DNA of 47,174 bases from Verrucomicrobiales bacterium (GCA_031411295.1 JANOAV010000211.1:1-47174), one strand, 5' to 3'; positions 19,840 through 28,295 are shown, numbered from the stretch's first letter. Made by a program: numbers and translations. Notes: generated from the letters alone by a model not told the origin.

Positions 19840-20385
19840 CCCATTGGCAAAAACCTCCACCCGTCTGGCAAAAACCTCCATCCGATTGGGAAAAGCCTCC
19901 ACCCGATTGGCAAAAGCCTCCACCCGATTGGCAAAAACCTCCACCCGATTGGCAAAAACCTCCACCCGTTTGGCAAAAACCTCCACCCGTTTGGCAAAAA
20001 CCTCCACCCGTTTGGCAAAAACCTCCACCCGATTGGCAAAAGCCTCCACCCGATTGGCAAAAACCTCCATCCGATTGGCAAAAACCTCCACCCGTTTGCC
20101 AAAAGCCTCCACCCGTTTGGGGAAAACCTCCACCCGATTGGGGAAAACCTCCATCCGTTTGGGGAAAGCCTCCACCCGATTGGCAAAAGCCTCCACCCGA
20201 TTGGCAAAAACCTCCATCCGATTGGGAAAAACCTCCACCGGTTTTGGGAAAGCCTCCACCCGTTTGGGGAAAACCTTCACCCGCTTGGCAAAAAGGTCCA
20301 TCCGTTTTGGAAAAACCTCCACCCGTTTGGGGAAAACCTCCATCCGCTGGGCAAACAGGTCCATCCGTTCGAGCAACCCCTCCAT
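19840..20385. repeat. Tandem array of 21-bp units, consensus CCG(A/T)TTGG(C/G)AAA(A/G)CCTCCA(C/T), about 24 good copies plus 2 degenerate
   Basis: Directly visible. Copies were counted from the heptad translation WQKPPP(D/V) of ORF 19743..20522. There are no spacers. Confidence 0.97.
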
Positions 20386-20669
20386 TCCCAGCCCCAGCCA
20401 CGCCACGTTCCTTCGTGCCGACTCGGCACACGCTGGAAGTGGACAGACGCTTGGTTTCATGGCGCACCATTGCCGCACCTGGCGCTCTGTCCAAAAACTT
20501 CCGCCCCCCAGAATACGGCTAGGAACCCGATTGCTCTCTACACAAACGCGTGTATAATCCGCACTTCCTTAACTAAGGCTAACTAATCCCATTGTGGCAG
20601 GCATGCTCAGGGGGGGGGCATTTTGCGCCTCCGTGGCACTGCGAACTCAGGAGGAATTGGGGGGATCAC

Positions 20670-20972
20670 CTAATTGTTCTCGATTCTAAACCATTCTGGC
20701 GTTTGTTCACCGTGCCGGTAGATCCAAAATTCAGGTCCTCGCAAATGAATTTCACACCAAATTAATGGCGTATAAAACATCCGGACCCAATTACACTCGT
20801 TGAGTTCAGACAGTGACTGCCATCTCGGATACGGAGTGGCTTTGGCTAGTATGTCACCATCCACGTTATGGCTACGTCCGTAGTATCCGATGTAAGTTGG
20901 TCTAAACATTAATATATATGACACGATATACAAAGCCAATAAAATCACGATATTTTTAGTCGCTTTCATCAA
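20670..20972 (-). CDS. Low-GC small membrane protein (possible orphan immunity protein)
   Basis: 100-aa ORF with an N-terminal TM helix (IVILLALYIVSYILMF). AT-rich, and 10 bp downstream of a truncated ORF ending at 20983. Confidence 0.55.
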   Translation of the reverse strand: MMKATKNIVILLALYIVSYILMFRPTYIGYYGRSHNVDGDILAKATPYPRWQSLSELNECNWVRMFYTPLIWCEIHLRGPEFWIYRHGEQTPEWFRIENN

Positions 20973-21256
20973 TTTTTCAGGCTTACGGTGAAAATGTTTT
21001 TGAATCAGAGTCCGACATACCAGTCAGAGTTATCGTTGGTAAGTTTGTCCATGCCGTGAGTGGTTTAAAATTACCGCGCCATCCTACTCCCCAAAACGAT
21101 TGCGTCGATAGAAACTTTGCAGCGCACGGTCTCTGTGCCACTTGAGCCCAGCCATGGTCAGGCGGATGGAACGGCAGTGGGTCTTTTGTTGTGGCTAATG
21201 CCATCCACAGAAGAACGCTGCGAGGTTGGCAGGTTGATGGGGCATTGTGTCTCTGG

Positions 21257-21346
21257 CGGCCCTACAGGCCGCGGTGGGTTTTGGCTTTTACCCAAGGCAA
21301 TCGCTATCGCTCAGCCTTGGGCTGGAGTCGTTTGGCCCGTTGGGCC
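21257..21346. repeat. Multi-hairpin dispersed repeat (GGCCCTACAGGCC / CCCAAGGC..GCCTTGGG / GGCCCGTTGGGCC)
   Basis: Three consecutive short palindromes. Elements of similar architecture occur at about 41900-41995 and 46933-47015. Confidence 0.55.
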
Positions 21347-21527
21347 AGGGGTGTGGGGATTCCCCTTACCCTGAAGGCCGCGGCTCCAGCGGATGTTCCT
21401 TGCTGATGGTCTAGGCGTAGCATCACACATAGTCCGCAGCATTCGCCTCAGGAGCTTCCGCCGAACGAGGGTGCTCGGGCCACCTTTCAGAGCTGCATCG
21501 TAGTTTCTCTGTCTTTACGGACTTGCA

Positions 21528-22016
21528 CTCGGGTTCCAAATCAGTCCTCGAGGAAAAGTGAAATGGAGTGCGAAAGCGTTCCAGAGGTTCAAACAGCGCG
21601 TGAGGGAAATTACCAAGCGCAACCGAGGGCAGAACCTCAAATTCGTCATCTACGAACTACGAGGCTACGCTCAAGGCTGGATGAACTACTTCGGCATCAG
21701 TCATACGTATGCCAAAGTATTGGAACTCGACGAATGGATGCGCCGAAGGTTGCGGCTCTACCATTGGAAACAGTGGCAGAGACCACGAGCACGGCGGCGC
21801 AATCTGATCAAGTTAGGAGTTGACCCTAACGAGGTCTATCGCGCCAGTCGCAGCCGCAAAGGGTATTGGCGCATGAGTCAACATAGCCTCGTGCGCTTCG
21901 CCCTGAACAACGCCTACCTAAAGAAACAGGGAGTGCCCGAATTGAGAGAAATCTGGATCCGATTGCACTACGGAGACTCGCCCAAATCGAAAGGAAAGAG
22001 CAAGTTAGTCACCTAA
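21528..22016 (+). pseudogene. ltrA: 5'-truncated group II intron reverse transcriptase/maturase (end of RT domain 7 + domain X), class C
   Basis: The frame from 21528 reads LGFQISPRGKVKWSAKAFQRFKQRVREIT.R..G...I.EL..Y..GW.NYF...LDEWMRRRLR...WKQW...SRKGYWR. There is no YADD, and RT domains 0-6 are missing. Confidence 0.88.
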
Positions 22017-23729
22017 AGAGTCTGATTGGAACCGCCCGGTGCGGACCCGCATGCCGGGTGGTGTGGCCGGGGTGGCAGGCGCAATCCTGCCACCTCGACC
22101 CGATTCTGCCTTGTTTTTGTTGGATGCTGGCGCCGCTTGGTGCTTATCGAGCATCTCCTCCATCTCCTTGAGAGTGGTCTCGTCCTTCTCCCGCTCTGCG
22201 GCCTTGCGAAGAAGCTCCCAGTCTCTGGCGGACATGTTCTCTTTGCCGAAGTAGCGTGCAGACCAGTAGCGGACTCTTGCGGAAGAGTCCCGAAGGCCAG
22301 CGTGAACGAACTTTGTGCGCTCTTCCGCTTGAAACGGAGCTGAATCCAAGAAATAGAACGCTGAATCGCGCACATCCGCATTGGGGCTGATGAGTCCGTT
22401 ACGCAATAAATCTGCATAGCGCTTATCGCTATCAGGAATAAACGACAACCAGTTGTGAAGATCGCTTAACCCAAAATCCCGCTTGGGATCGTCCTTCGCT
22501 TCCTCGTAGACCTGCCTGACTTTATCGATAAATAACGTCACATCCTCGGCCTGACCAGCTTCGTGAAGCACCCATGCTGCATAGTGGCCGCCCTCAGAGG
22601 CAAAGCGCTTCCGAACGGTATCGAGTGCTTTTTCGTCCCGCACCCCTTGCTCGACAAGAACATTCAACACCTGACAGAGTAAATTGAAATCCGTGTCCTT
22701 ATTCTGCGCCTTCTCCAGAAACAGCGACAGCAACTCCTTCTTTAGCTCTTCGGGCATCTTCTTCGCCTGCTCTCCACGCACGGGAGGGTCTTTGTAAAGC
22801 TCTGCCATCTCCATCATCCATGGTAAACCACCCTGGATCGCTTCACGGTTGTCCCCTGCGGAATCGTAGTAGCTGGAGTCGAAGCGACTGAGTTTGCCGC
22901 CAGCAAATGGAAGTGAAAGCCGTTCCGTCCACCGGTATCCATCCTCGGTCTTTGGATAGTCCCAAACATGAATGCCGCGCACAGTTCGCGTAGGTTTTCC
23001 AAACACCTTTTCGACGATCTCATCTGTGCTTCCCTCATCGAGCCAACCGACCATCCCCACTGGTCCATAGTTATCAAGCACGCGCTTCCGGCAATCGGCC
23101 TCAGTCCGCGATCCTTTCTTCTTCAACTCCAGTGATTGAGCAATCTGGCGATAAACGGCGGGATGGATAGGAAGGTGTGTCCACTCAAACATCATAACTC
23201 TCTCTCCATCACCCAATAATTGCATCTGCTTCATGACCCCATTCTCAAGGAAGCTGAATCGATGAAGGTGACCGTCCCTTACCAAATAGCGGTTATAAAC
23301 CACCGCGCCACAGAAGCAAACGCCGTCGTCCAGCCAATCTGCTTCCTTGAACATCAAAACCAAAAGGGTCTCTCCGTCTGCCGCGAGGCGGTAGGCACGC
23401 GAGAAGGAGGTGTCGACGCTTGAAACCCTGTCTCCATCAACCGGCACGGGTTCGTTGCGCTTGACTTCGACAGTGATCGCTTTGTGATCAGGGTAACTGA
23501 ACTTGACCTTATCATCTTCAAAACTCTTCCACTTCTGGAATGATTCAGTCTTTGCAATCTCGGCAACGACGCCGTTGGCCCGCTCTGTAACAAAGCTCTT
23601 GATCCCCTTGCCTATGGGGCGACGAAAAGCGCCTAAGTCTTGTTCCGAAATCTCTGCATGGAGGATCGCTGCCGAGGTGCAGAACGCTGCAAACGCGAAA
23701 TGGAATAATGGCGTCTGAGTTGGTTTCAT
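22005..23729 (-). CDS. Secreted hypothetical protein with C-terminal HEAT-like repeats, integron gene-cassette ORF
   Basis: Signal peptide and HEAT-like LISPNADVRDSA and LRDSSARVRYWSA. The ATG lies 5 bp after GTTCTGCC. The last ~33 codons are antisense intron sequence. Confidence 0.75.
   Translation of the reverse strand: MKPTQTPLFHFAFAAFCTSAAILHAEISEQDLGAFRRPIGKGIKSFVTERANGVVAEIAKTESFQKWKSFEDDKVKFSYPDHKAITVEVKRNEPVPVDGDRVSSVDTSFSRAYRLAADGETLLVLMFKEADWLDDGVCFCGAVVYNRYLVRDGHLHRFSFLENGVMKQMQLLGDGERVMMFEWTHLPIHPAVYRQIAQSLELKKKGSRTEADCRKRVLDNYGPVGMVGWLDEGSTDEIVEKVFGKPTRTVRGIHVWDYPKTEDGYRWTERLSLPFAGGKLSRFDSSYYDSAGDNREAIQGGLPWMMEMAELYKDPPVRGEQAKKMPEELKKELLSLFLEKAQNKDTDFNLLCQVLNVLVEQGVRDEKALDTVRKRFASEGGHYAAWVLHEAGQAEDVTLFIDKVRQVYEEAKDDPKRDFGLSDLHNWLSFIPDSDKRYADLLRNGLISPNADVRDSAFYFLDSAPFQAEERTKFVHAGLRDSSARVRYWSARYFGKENMSARDWELLRKAAEREKDETTLKEMEEMLDKHQAAPASNKNKAESGRGGRIAPATPATPPGMRVRTGRFQSDSLGD
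22029..22104 (+). ncRNA. Group IIC intron ribozyme domains V and VI, 3' splice end at 22104
   Basis: GAACCGCCCGGTGCGGACCCGCATGCCGGGTGGTGTG is a short DV with the CGC triad. It is followed by the DVI hairpin GGTGGCAGG-CGCAAT-CCTGCCACC-TCGACCCGAT ending in AT. Confidence 0.9.
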
Positions 23730-23734
23730 TTTTT

Positions 23735-23813
23735 GGCAGAACTAGTTGATCACCGACAGAAATGTCGATTTTTGCCTAGCTTGTTTATAGGCGACAGATT
23801 TGTCGGTTTTTGC
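23735..23813 (-). other. Putative integron attI-like site: core GTTCTGC (G at 23742) preceded by a 38-bp-period imperfect direct repeat
   Basis: The minus strand reads GCAAAAACCGACAAATCTGTCGCCTATAAACAAGCTAG-GCAAAAATCGACATTTCTGTCGGTGATCAACTAGTTCTGCC. The complementary GGCAGA(AC) sits at the cassette's far end (22105-22110). Confidence 0.55.
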
Positions 23814-24107
23814 GCGGGGGAGTGATTTCATAGTAGAATTTTGGCCAGATTTAGCCGCAGATGCGCGTGATAGTCAACGTTATTGTCGGTTTTCGCTCGG
23901 ATGCGCGTGAATTCCCGCAGTTTATGACAACGGTTTTATGGAGGGGCTGCGGTGGGGACGTTGGTCGGACGGTAGATTTCCAGAAGGGCTTTCCTGAGAT
24001 CTGGATGGTCGTTCGGAATTTACCGAAGCAACCCGCAGCCAACATACTCCGGAGGATTGCGGGAAGAATGAAGTGGTTGGCATCTAGTCTTTTGGCGCGG
24101 CCAAGCG

Positions 24108-24515
24108 ATGCCTCGCGACCATCAGACCCGGGTCGAACGAGAAGGCCTCCCCTCATTGTCAGTCGTTCAACGGACTGCTTGGCTCGCTGATGCTGGATAC
24201 GTTTACCCAGTCATTGAATGTGATTCGTTGGCTTATTATTTCGAGCGGGATGAAGCAGATCGCTGGCCGGAAGTGGTCGCAGCGTTGCGGCTTGTGGGTG
24301 CCAATAAACCTGCGGATTTGCTCCTGGCCGTAGCCAACTTGTTCGGGCCTGCGGGGCCTTCGCTAAATCGCGACGACAGAATCCACCAGCTAAGTGCGCT
24401 CGGCCCGAATTTGCCTGATCTGGTGGAGAAGTTGGCCGAGGGTCACCCTGCTGGGAACGAGGAGGTTGACTTGCTGATCCTGATTTATTTGCTCGAAAAT
24501 GAAACGGCAGTTTAA
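24108..24515 (+). CDS. DUF4375/DMP19-like protein, possibly N-terminally truncated
   Basis: The pattern YYF...ADRWPEVVAALRLVGA...ADLL...NLFGPAGP..NRDDR..QL resembles DUF4375 from memory. Confidence 0.45.
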   Translation: MPRDHQTRVEREGLPSLSVVQRTAWLADAGYVYPVIECDSLAYYFERDEADRWPEVVAALRLVGANKPADLLLAVANLFGPAGPSLNRDDRIHQLSALGPNLPDLVEKLAEGHPAGNEEVDLLILIYLLENETAV

Positions 24516-24534
24516 CACCAGTGGCACGTGGCAT

Positions 24535-24637
24535 GTGGCGCGGGCTTGCAGCCCGCCAGCCGTCATGCTTTCCGGTTCACCAAAGCGCTGAGAGGCACCT
24601 AATGCTCCACGGCTTACGGGCTGCAAGCCCGCGCCAC
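24535..24637. repeat. Inverted REP doublet (REPIN-like), family C
   Basis: GTGGCGCGGGCTTGCAGCCCG (24535-24555) and its perfect reverse complement (24617-24637). Confidence 0.8.
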
Positions 24638-24990
24638 TCTGCGTTATCAGATGGCTGGAGCTGCGCTAACCTGCACCAACCGAGCCCTACTGATCATACG
24701 CCCGCCCGTCCCGACCTTCATACCAATGGACGAAGGAGCGGTTGACGATTTCGTAGCCGCCGGGAGTTGGGTAATCGCCTGTGAAATGAAGGCAAAACGG
24801 GCCAGTCTTAATTCTCACAAATTATTGGCATGATTTACGGTGCGGGACGGGGGGGCGGACAAAAACGTTACTAGCTTAAAAATGCCCGGAAAACCAACGA
24901 ATCAAAGTGGATTCGATCAGCGTCTGAAGTCCCGTAAGGACCACACAACAAAGCCCTGTAAAGCAAACTCAGTTTGGCCCCGTATGAGGC

Positions 24991-27678
24991 CTATTTCAAC
25001 GAATGCAAATAGGCCACGAGATCGGCCAGATCTTGGGCGCTGAGGCTCATTTGGTCAGCGGAGAGCATGAGCGAGCGTGGGAGCGGTTGGATTTCTTTGA
25101 TCCGATTCCGGGGCACCCGCTGGGTCAGTCCGCCCATGCTTTGGATCATGACGGGGTCACCATCAGAGACGACGATGCCGTCCAGTTCCATGGCGTCCTT
25201 GAGGATGATGTGCTTGCCCTCATAGCCGTGGGCGATGTCGAAACTGGGATCGATAATGCTGCGAATGAGCACTTCCTTGGTCTGGCGCTGGGCCCATCCG
25301 GTGAGGTTAGGGGCATAGTCCATGCCGTCTGGGCCCAGGCGATGGCAGGCGAAACACGTGGCAATTTTCTGCGCTCCGTTCTTGGGCTCGCCCGTCAGCT
25401 TCAGCACTTCTTCGACGGTAAATTTAGCAGGCTCGGCGGCTGGGGCCCCTGTTGGCACGAGCACGATTTTGTCTGGATCGTAAAGGCCCGTGGTTTTGAG
25501 GACTTCGGCCAGGCCGTGGTCTTTCCAGAGATTGTCCTTTCGATTCAGCAGCCACCAGTCAGCCAGATCCTTGAGGGGGCCTTTGGGGAGCTTGGAGGCG
25601 ACTTCGACCATGGCGGTGGCAGCGGATTTATCTGCGGTGTAGCCCAGAGCCACGAGGGCTTCTTTGCGATCAGTCAGGCTCAGTGTTTCCGCCTGAGCAC
25701 GTTTCGCGAAGGCGGAGGTGAGTTCGGCGGGGTGCAGCCGCCAAGCAAGCTTGGCGATGGCGGGCGACCACTTCAGGGGATCGGTCTCGGTGGTGGTCTT
25801 GGTCATGGCGAAGAAGGCTTTGCTTTCCTTGCCTTCGCAGGCGGTGCCGAGTGCTTCCAAGTAGGTCCGATCCGCGCCATCGAATCCTTTGAACAGCGCC
25901 ACGAGCAACGGACTGGCAATATCGAAGGCGACATCACGCAGCGCCAACGCGGCTTCGCGCCGGACTTGCGGAGAGGGATCGACGCTGCCCTTCACAGTCC
26001 ATTCCCACGCGTTGTGGTGCGCACGTTTCAATGCGCGGAAGGCCAGCATCCGGAAATCATCCGGCATTTTGGCATCAATGGCCTTCTCCAGCGCTTGGCA
26101 ACCTTCCGTTCCTAGCAAGGTGAGCGCCCAAGCGAAGCGCGCTTTGAAATAAGGATTGGATTCGGTCTTGGCAGCTTCCTTGACCACGGGGAGCGCTTTC
26201 TGGGCCATGGTCGTGAGTTTCTGCAAGGCCGTGAAGCGCACGTTGGCCCCGGAAGAACGCAGCGCCTCCACACAGCCTGCAGCGGTGGATAGATCGATCT
26301 TGGGCGCGCTGGATTTGAAGCCCTTGGGGGCAATGCGGTAAATGGTGCCGAGCGTTTGGTCATCAAGATCCGAGTGGCCGCCGACGCGGGCATCGAACCA
26401 GTCGGAGACATACAGCGCGCCATCCACGCCCACGACGACATCTGAGGGACGGAATTTGGTGTTCAACTCGGACTTCACGGATTTGGCTCCGCCGAGGAAG
26501 TCCGACCCGGCAAATTTGCCCTCGACGTTTGTGGTTAGGAAATTGAATCGCTCCAAGTGATAGCCCGCGCCATCGGGGGTGGGGAAGTAACCGAAAATGG
26601 TATTGCGTCCGGGTTCACAAGTCAGCAGCAGGCCAGGGAAGCGGTCGCCCAGCGCACCGTTTTCGTAGAAGGTCACGCCGGTGGGGGACCCGCCACCATA
26701 GACGTCGCCCGCAGGCATGGCTCCGGGATCTTCCTGGCGCCATTCCGCGGTGGGCACGTCCTGGCCGGGACGTTTGTCTGCGGCCCAGGCGCGTTTGCCA
26801 TCGAAGCTGCAGAACCCAGCGTTGCCGCCTTCCATCAAGTAACTCACGCGGCAGGCGGGTGGGTCATCATTGTCATTTTGAAAGACTTCGCCAAAGGACG
26901 TGACGCATTGCTCGTAGCTGTTGCGGAAGTTGTGGCCAATGATTTCGATCTTGCTAGTGTCTGGCAACATGCGCGCGGCAAACCCGCCGAGCCACACGCG
27001 ACCATCGTCACTTTTCTGACCGGCCAAGTCTTTGGGCGACCATTCGAAATCGCTTTTCTTCTTGCCGTAGAAGGGATCGTAGGGGCTGCCGATGCGGAAG
27101 GTTTTGTCATCCTTGCCCTTGAATTGGGCCCCGCAATTCCCGGCACTCCAATACCAGCGTCCGTCGGGCCCACCCACCACGCTGTGCAGGGAGTGGTCGT
27201 GAATGCGTCCGTTGAATCCAGTTAGGATGACTTCTCGCTTGTCCACCGCCGGATCGAATTTGAGATCCCGATTCACATCCGTATAAACGATGAGGTCCGG
27301 CGTCATACTGACGACCACAACGTTATCGAACACCGCCACGCCCAACGGAGCTTTGAGAATTTCCTCCTGCACGAAGACGCTGCTGGTGTCCGCCACGCCA
27401 TCATGATCCTTGTCCTCCAGGATCACAATGCGATCCCCCGCCGGTTGGCGATCCTGATGGGACCGATAGTTCACGCCTTCTGCGACCCAGATGCGGCCCA
27501 TGGCATCGACGTCGAGGTTGGTGGGGTTCTTCAGCAGCGGGCTTTTAGCCCACACGGTAACCTCCAGTTCAGGCTGGGTCTGGAACAAGGCCACAGGCAC
27601 ATGGTCTGCAACATCAGCGGCGGTGTCCGCCGCGGTCAGCACACAGGTAGGAAATAGGAGCGGAAGGAAGTATCGCAT
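24991..27678 (-). CDS. PVC-type membrane-bound dehydrogenase-domain protein (beta-propeller + HEAT repeats + c-type heme)
   Basis: Signal peptide, NPTNLDVDAMGRIWVAEGVNYR, GDRIVILED.DHDG.AD, FRPSDVVVG.DGALYVSDW, HEAT repeats, heme motif CFACH...PNL, SII.PS..IAHGY. Confidence 0.9.
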   Translation of the reverse strand: MRYFLPLLFPTCVLTAADTAADVADHVPVALFQTQPELEVTVWAKSPLLKNPTNLDVDAMGRIWVAEGVNYRSHQDRQPAGDRIVILEDKDHDGVADTSSVFVQEEILKAPLGVAVFDNVVVVSMTPDLIVYTDVNRDLKFDPAVDKREVILTGFNGRIHDHSLHSVVGGPDGRWYWSAGNCGAQFKGKDDKTFRIGSPYDPFYGKKKSDFEWSPKDLAGQKSDDGRVWLGGFAARMLPDTSKIEIIGHNFRNSYEQCVTSFGEVFQNDNDDPPACRVSYLMEGGNAGFCSFDGKRAWAADKRPGQDVPTAEWRQEDPGAMPAGDVYGGGSPTGVTFYENGALGDRFPGLLLTCEPGRNTIFGYFPTPDGAGYHLERFNFLTTNVEGKFAGSDFLGGAKSVKSELNTKFRPSDVVVGVDGALYVSDWFDARVGGHSDLDDQTLGTIYRIAPKGFKSSAPKIDLSTAAGCVEALRSSGANVRFTALQKLTTMAQKALPVVKEAAKTESNPYFKARFAWALTLLGTEGCQALEKAIDAKMPDDFRMLAFRALKRAHHNAWEWTVKGSVDPSPQVRREAALALRDVAFDIASPLLVALFKGFDGADRTYLEALGTACEGKESKAFFAMTKTTTETDPLKWSPAIAKLAWRLHPAELTSAFAKRAQAETLSLTDRKEALVALGYTADKSAATAMVEVASKLPKGPLKDLADWWLLNRKDNLWKDHGLAEVLKTTGLYDPDKIVLVPTGAPAAEPAKFTVEEVLKLTGEPKNGAQKIATCFACHRLGPDGMDYAPNLTGWAQRQTKEVLIRSIIDPSFDIAHGYEGKHIILKDAMELDGIVVSDGDPVMIQSMGGLTQRVPRNRIKEIQPLPRSLMLSADQMSLSAQDLADLVAYLHSLK

Positions 27679-27742
27679 AATGGAAGGTGTTTTAAACTTT
27701 GCCCGCGCTGGTGCAAGCCTGAAATGGCGGGCACCCTAAGCC

Positions 27743-28290
27743 GATTAAGCTGACGGGTATGCATGAAGCGGGAGGACACCAGAGCAAGCCGTGTCTAGTC
27801 TGCCTTGCCTGCGGTTTGACACGAGGGTTTATTCCATTGTGAAGGGAGGTGGCGCGAGGCTGTGACCGAGCCGGTCGGGAGCTTAGGCATCCGTGCTCTG
27901 AAAGAACTTACCTAGCGATGGTCGATCTGCGCGAGGATGAGCTTGAGCGAACTTATGACTTCTAATAGACGAAGGCTCGCGCGCAGCCTCGCTCCACCTC
28001 GCTGGAAAAGCAGGTCGATTAAGCTGACGTGTATGCATGAAGGGGGAGGACACCAGAGCAAGCCGTGTCTAGTCTGCCTTGCCTGCGGTTTGACACGAGG
28101 GTTTATTCCATTGTGAAGGGAGGTGGCGCGAGGCCGTGACCGAGCCGGTCGGGAGCTTAGGCCTCCGTGCTCTGAAAGAACTTACCTAGCGATGGTCGAT
28201 CTGCGCGAGGATGAGCTTGAGCGAACTTATGAATGCAAACAGACGAAGGCTCGGGCGCAGCCTCGCTCCACCTCGCTGGAAAAGCAGGTC
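27743..28290. repeat. Tandem duplication of a 274-bp unit (27743-28016 and 28017-28290), each unit containing an inverted REP-like pair
   Basis: Both copies run GATTAAGCTGACG...GCTGGAAAAGCAGGTC, with about 9 substitutions by manual comparison. Confidence 0.95.
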
Positions 28291-28295
28291 CATGG

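Noticed and set aside
19840..20385. CRISPR array
   Set aside because: The units are contiguous 21-mers with no unique spacers, and there are no cas genes in the window.
19700..20557. Four long ORFs across the array (GGGFCQT, VEVFAKR, LAKTSTR and WQKPPPD repeats) as genes
   Set aside because: They are open only because the unit has no stop codon. None has a credible start or a unique domain, so none was called as a CDS.
20670..20700. attC site after the 100-aa gene (GAGAAC...GTTCGC on the minus strand, ~20641-20681)
   Set aside because: Only ~40 bp with no convincing internal L-box hairpin, shorter than known attC sites.
21528..22104. Functional group II intron, retron or other novel RT system
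   Set aside because: The catalytic YADD region and ribozyme domains I-III are missing. It is a 3' remnant of an ordinary class C intron.
23861..24190. Integron integrase intI at the expected position
   Set aside because: The ORF is short, with no R-H-R-H-Y tyrosine-recombinase motifs in it or in the other frames I read.
27743..28290. DGR template/variable repeat pair
   Set aside because: The differences are not adenine-specific on either strand, neither copy lies in a target gene's 3' end, and the only RT here is a group II intron fragment.
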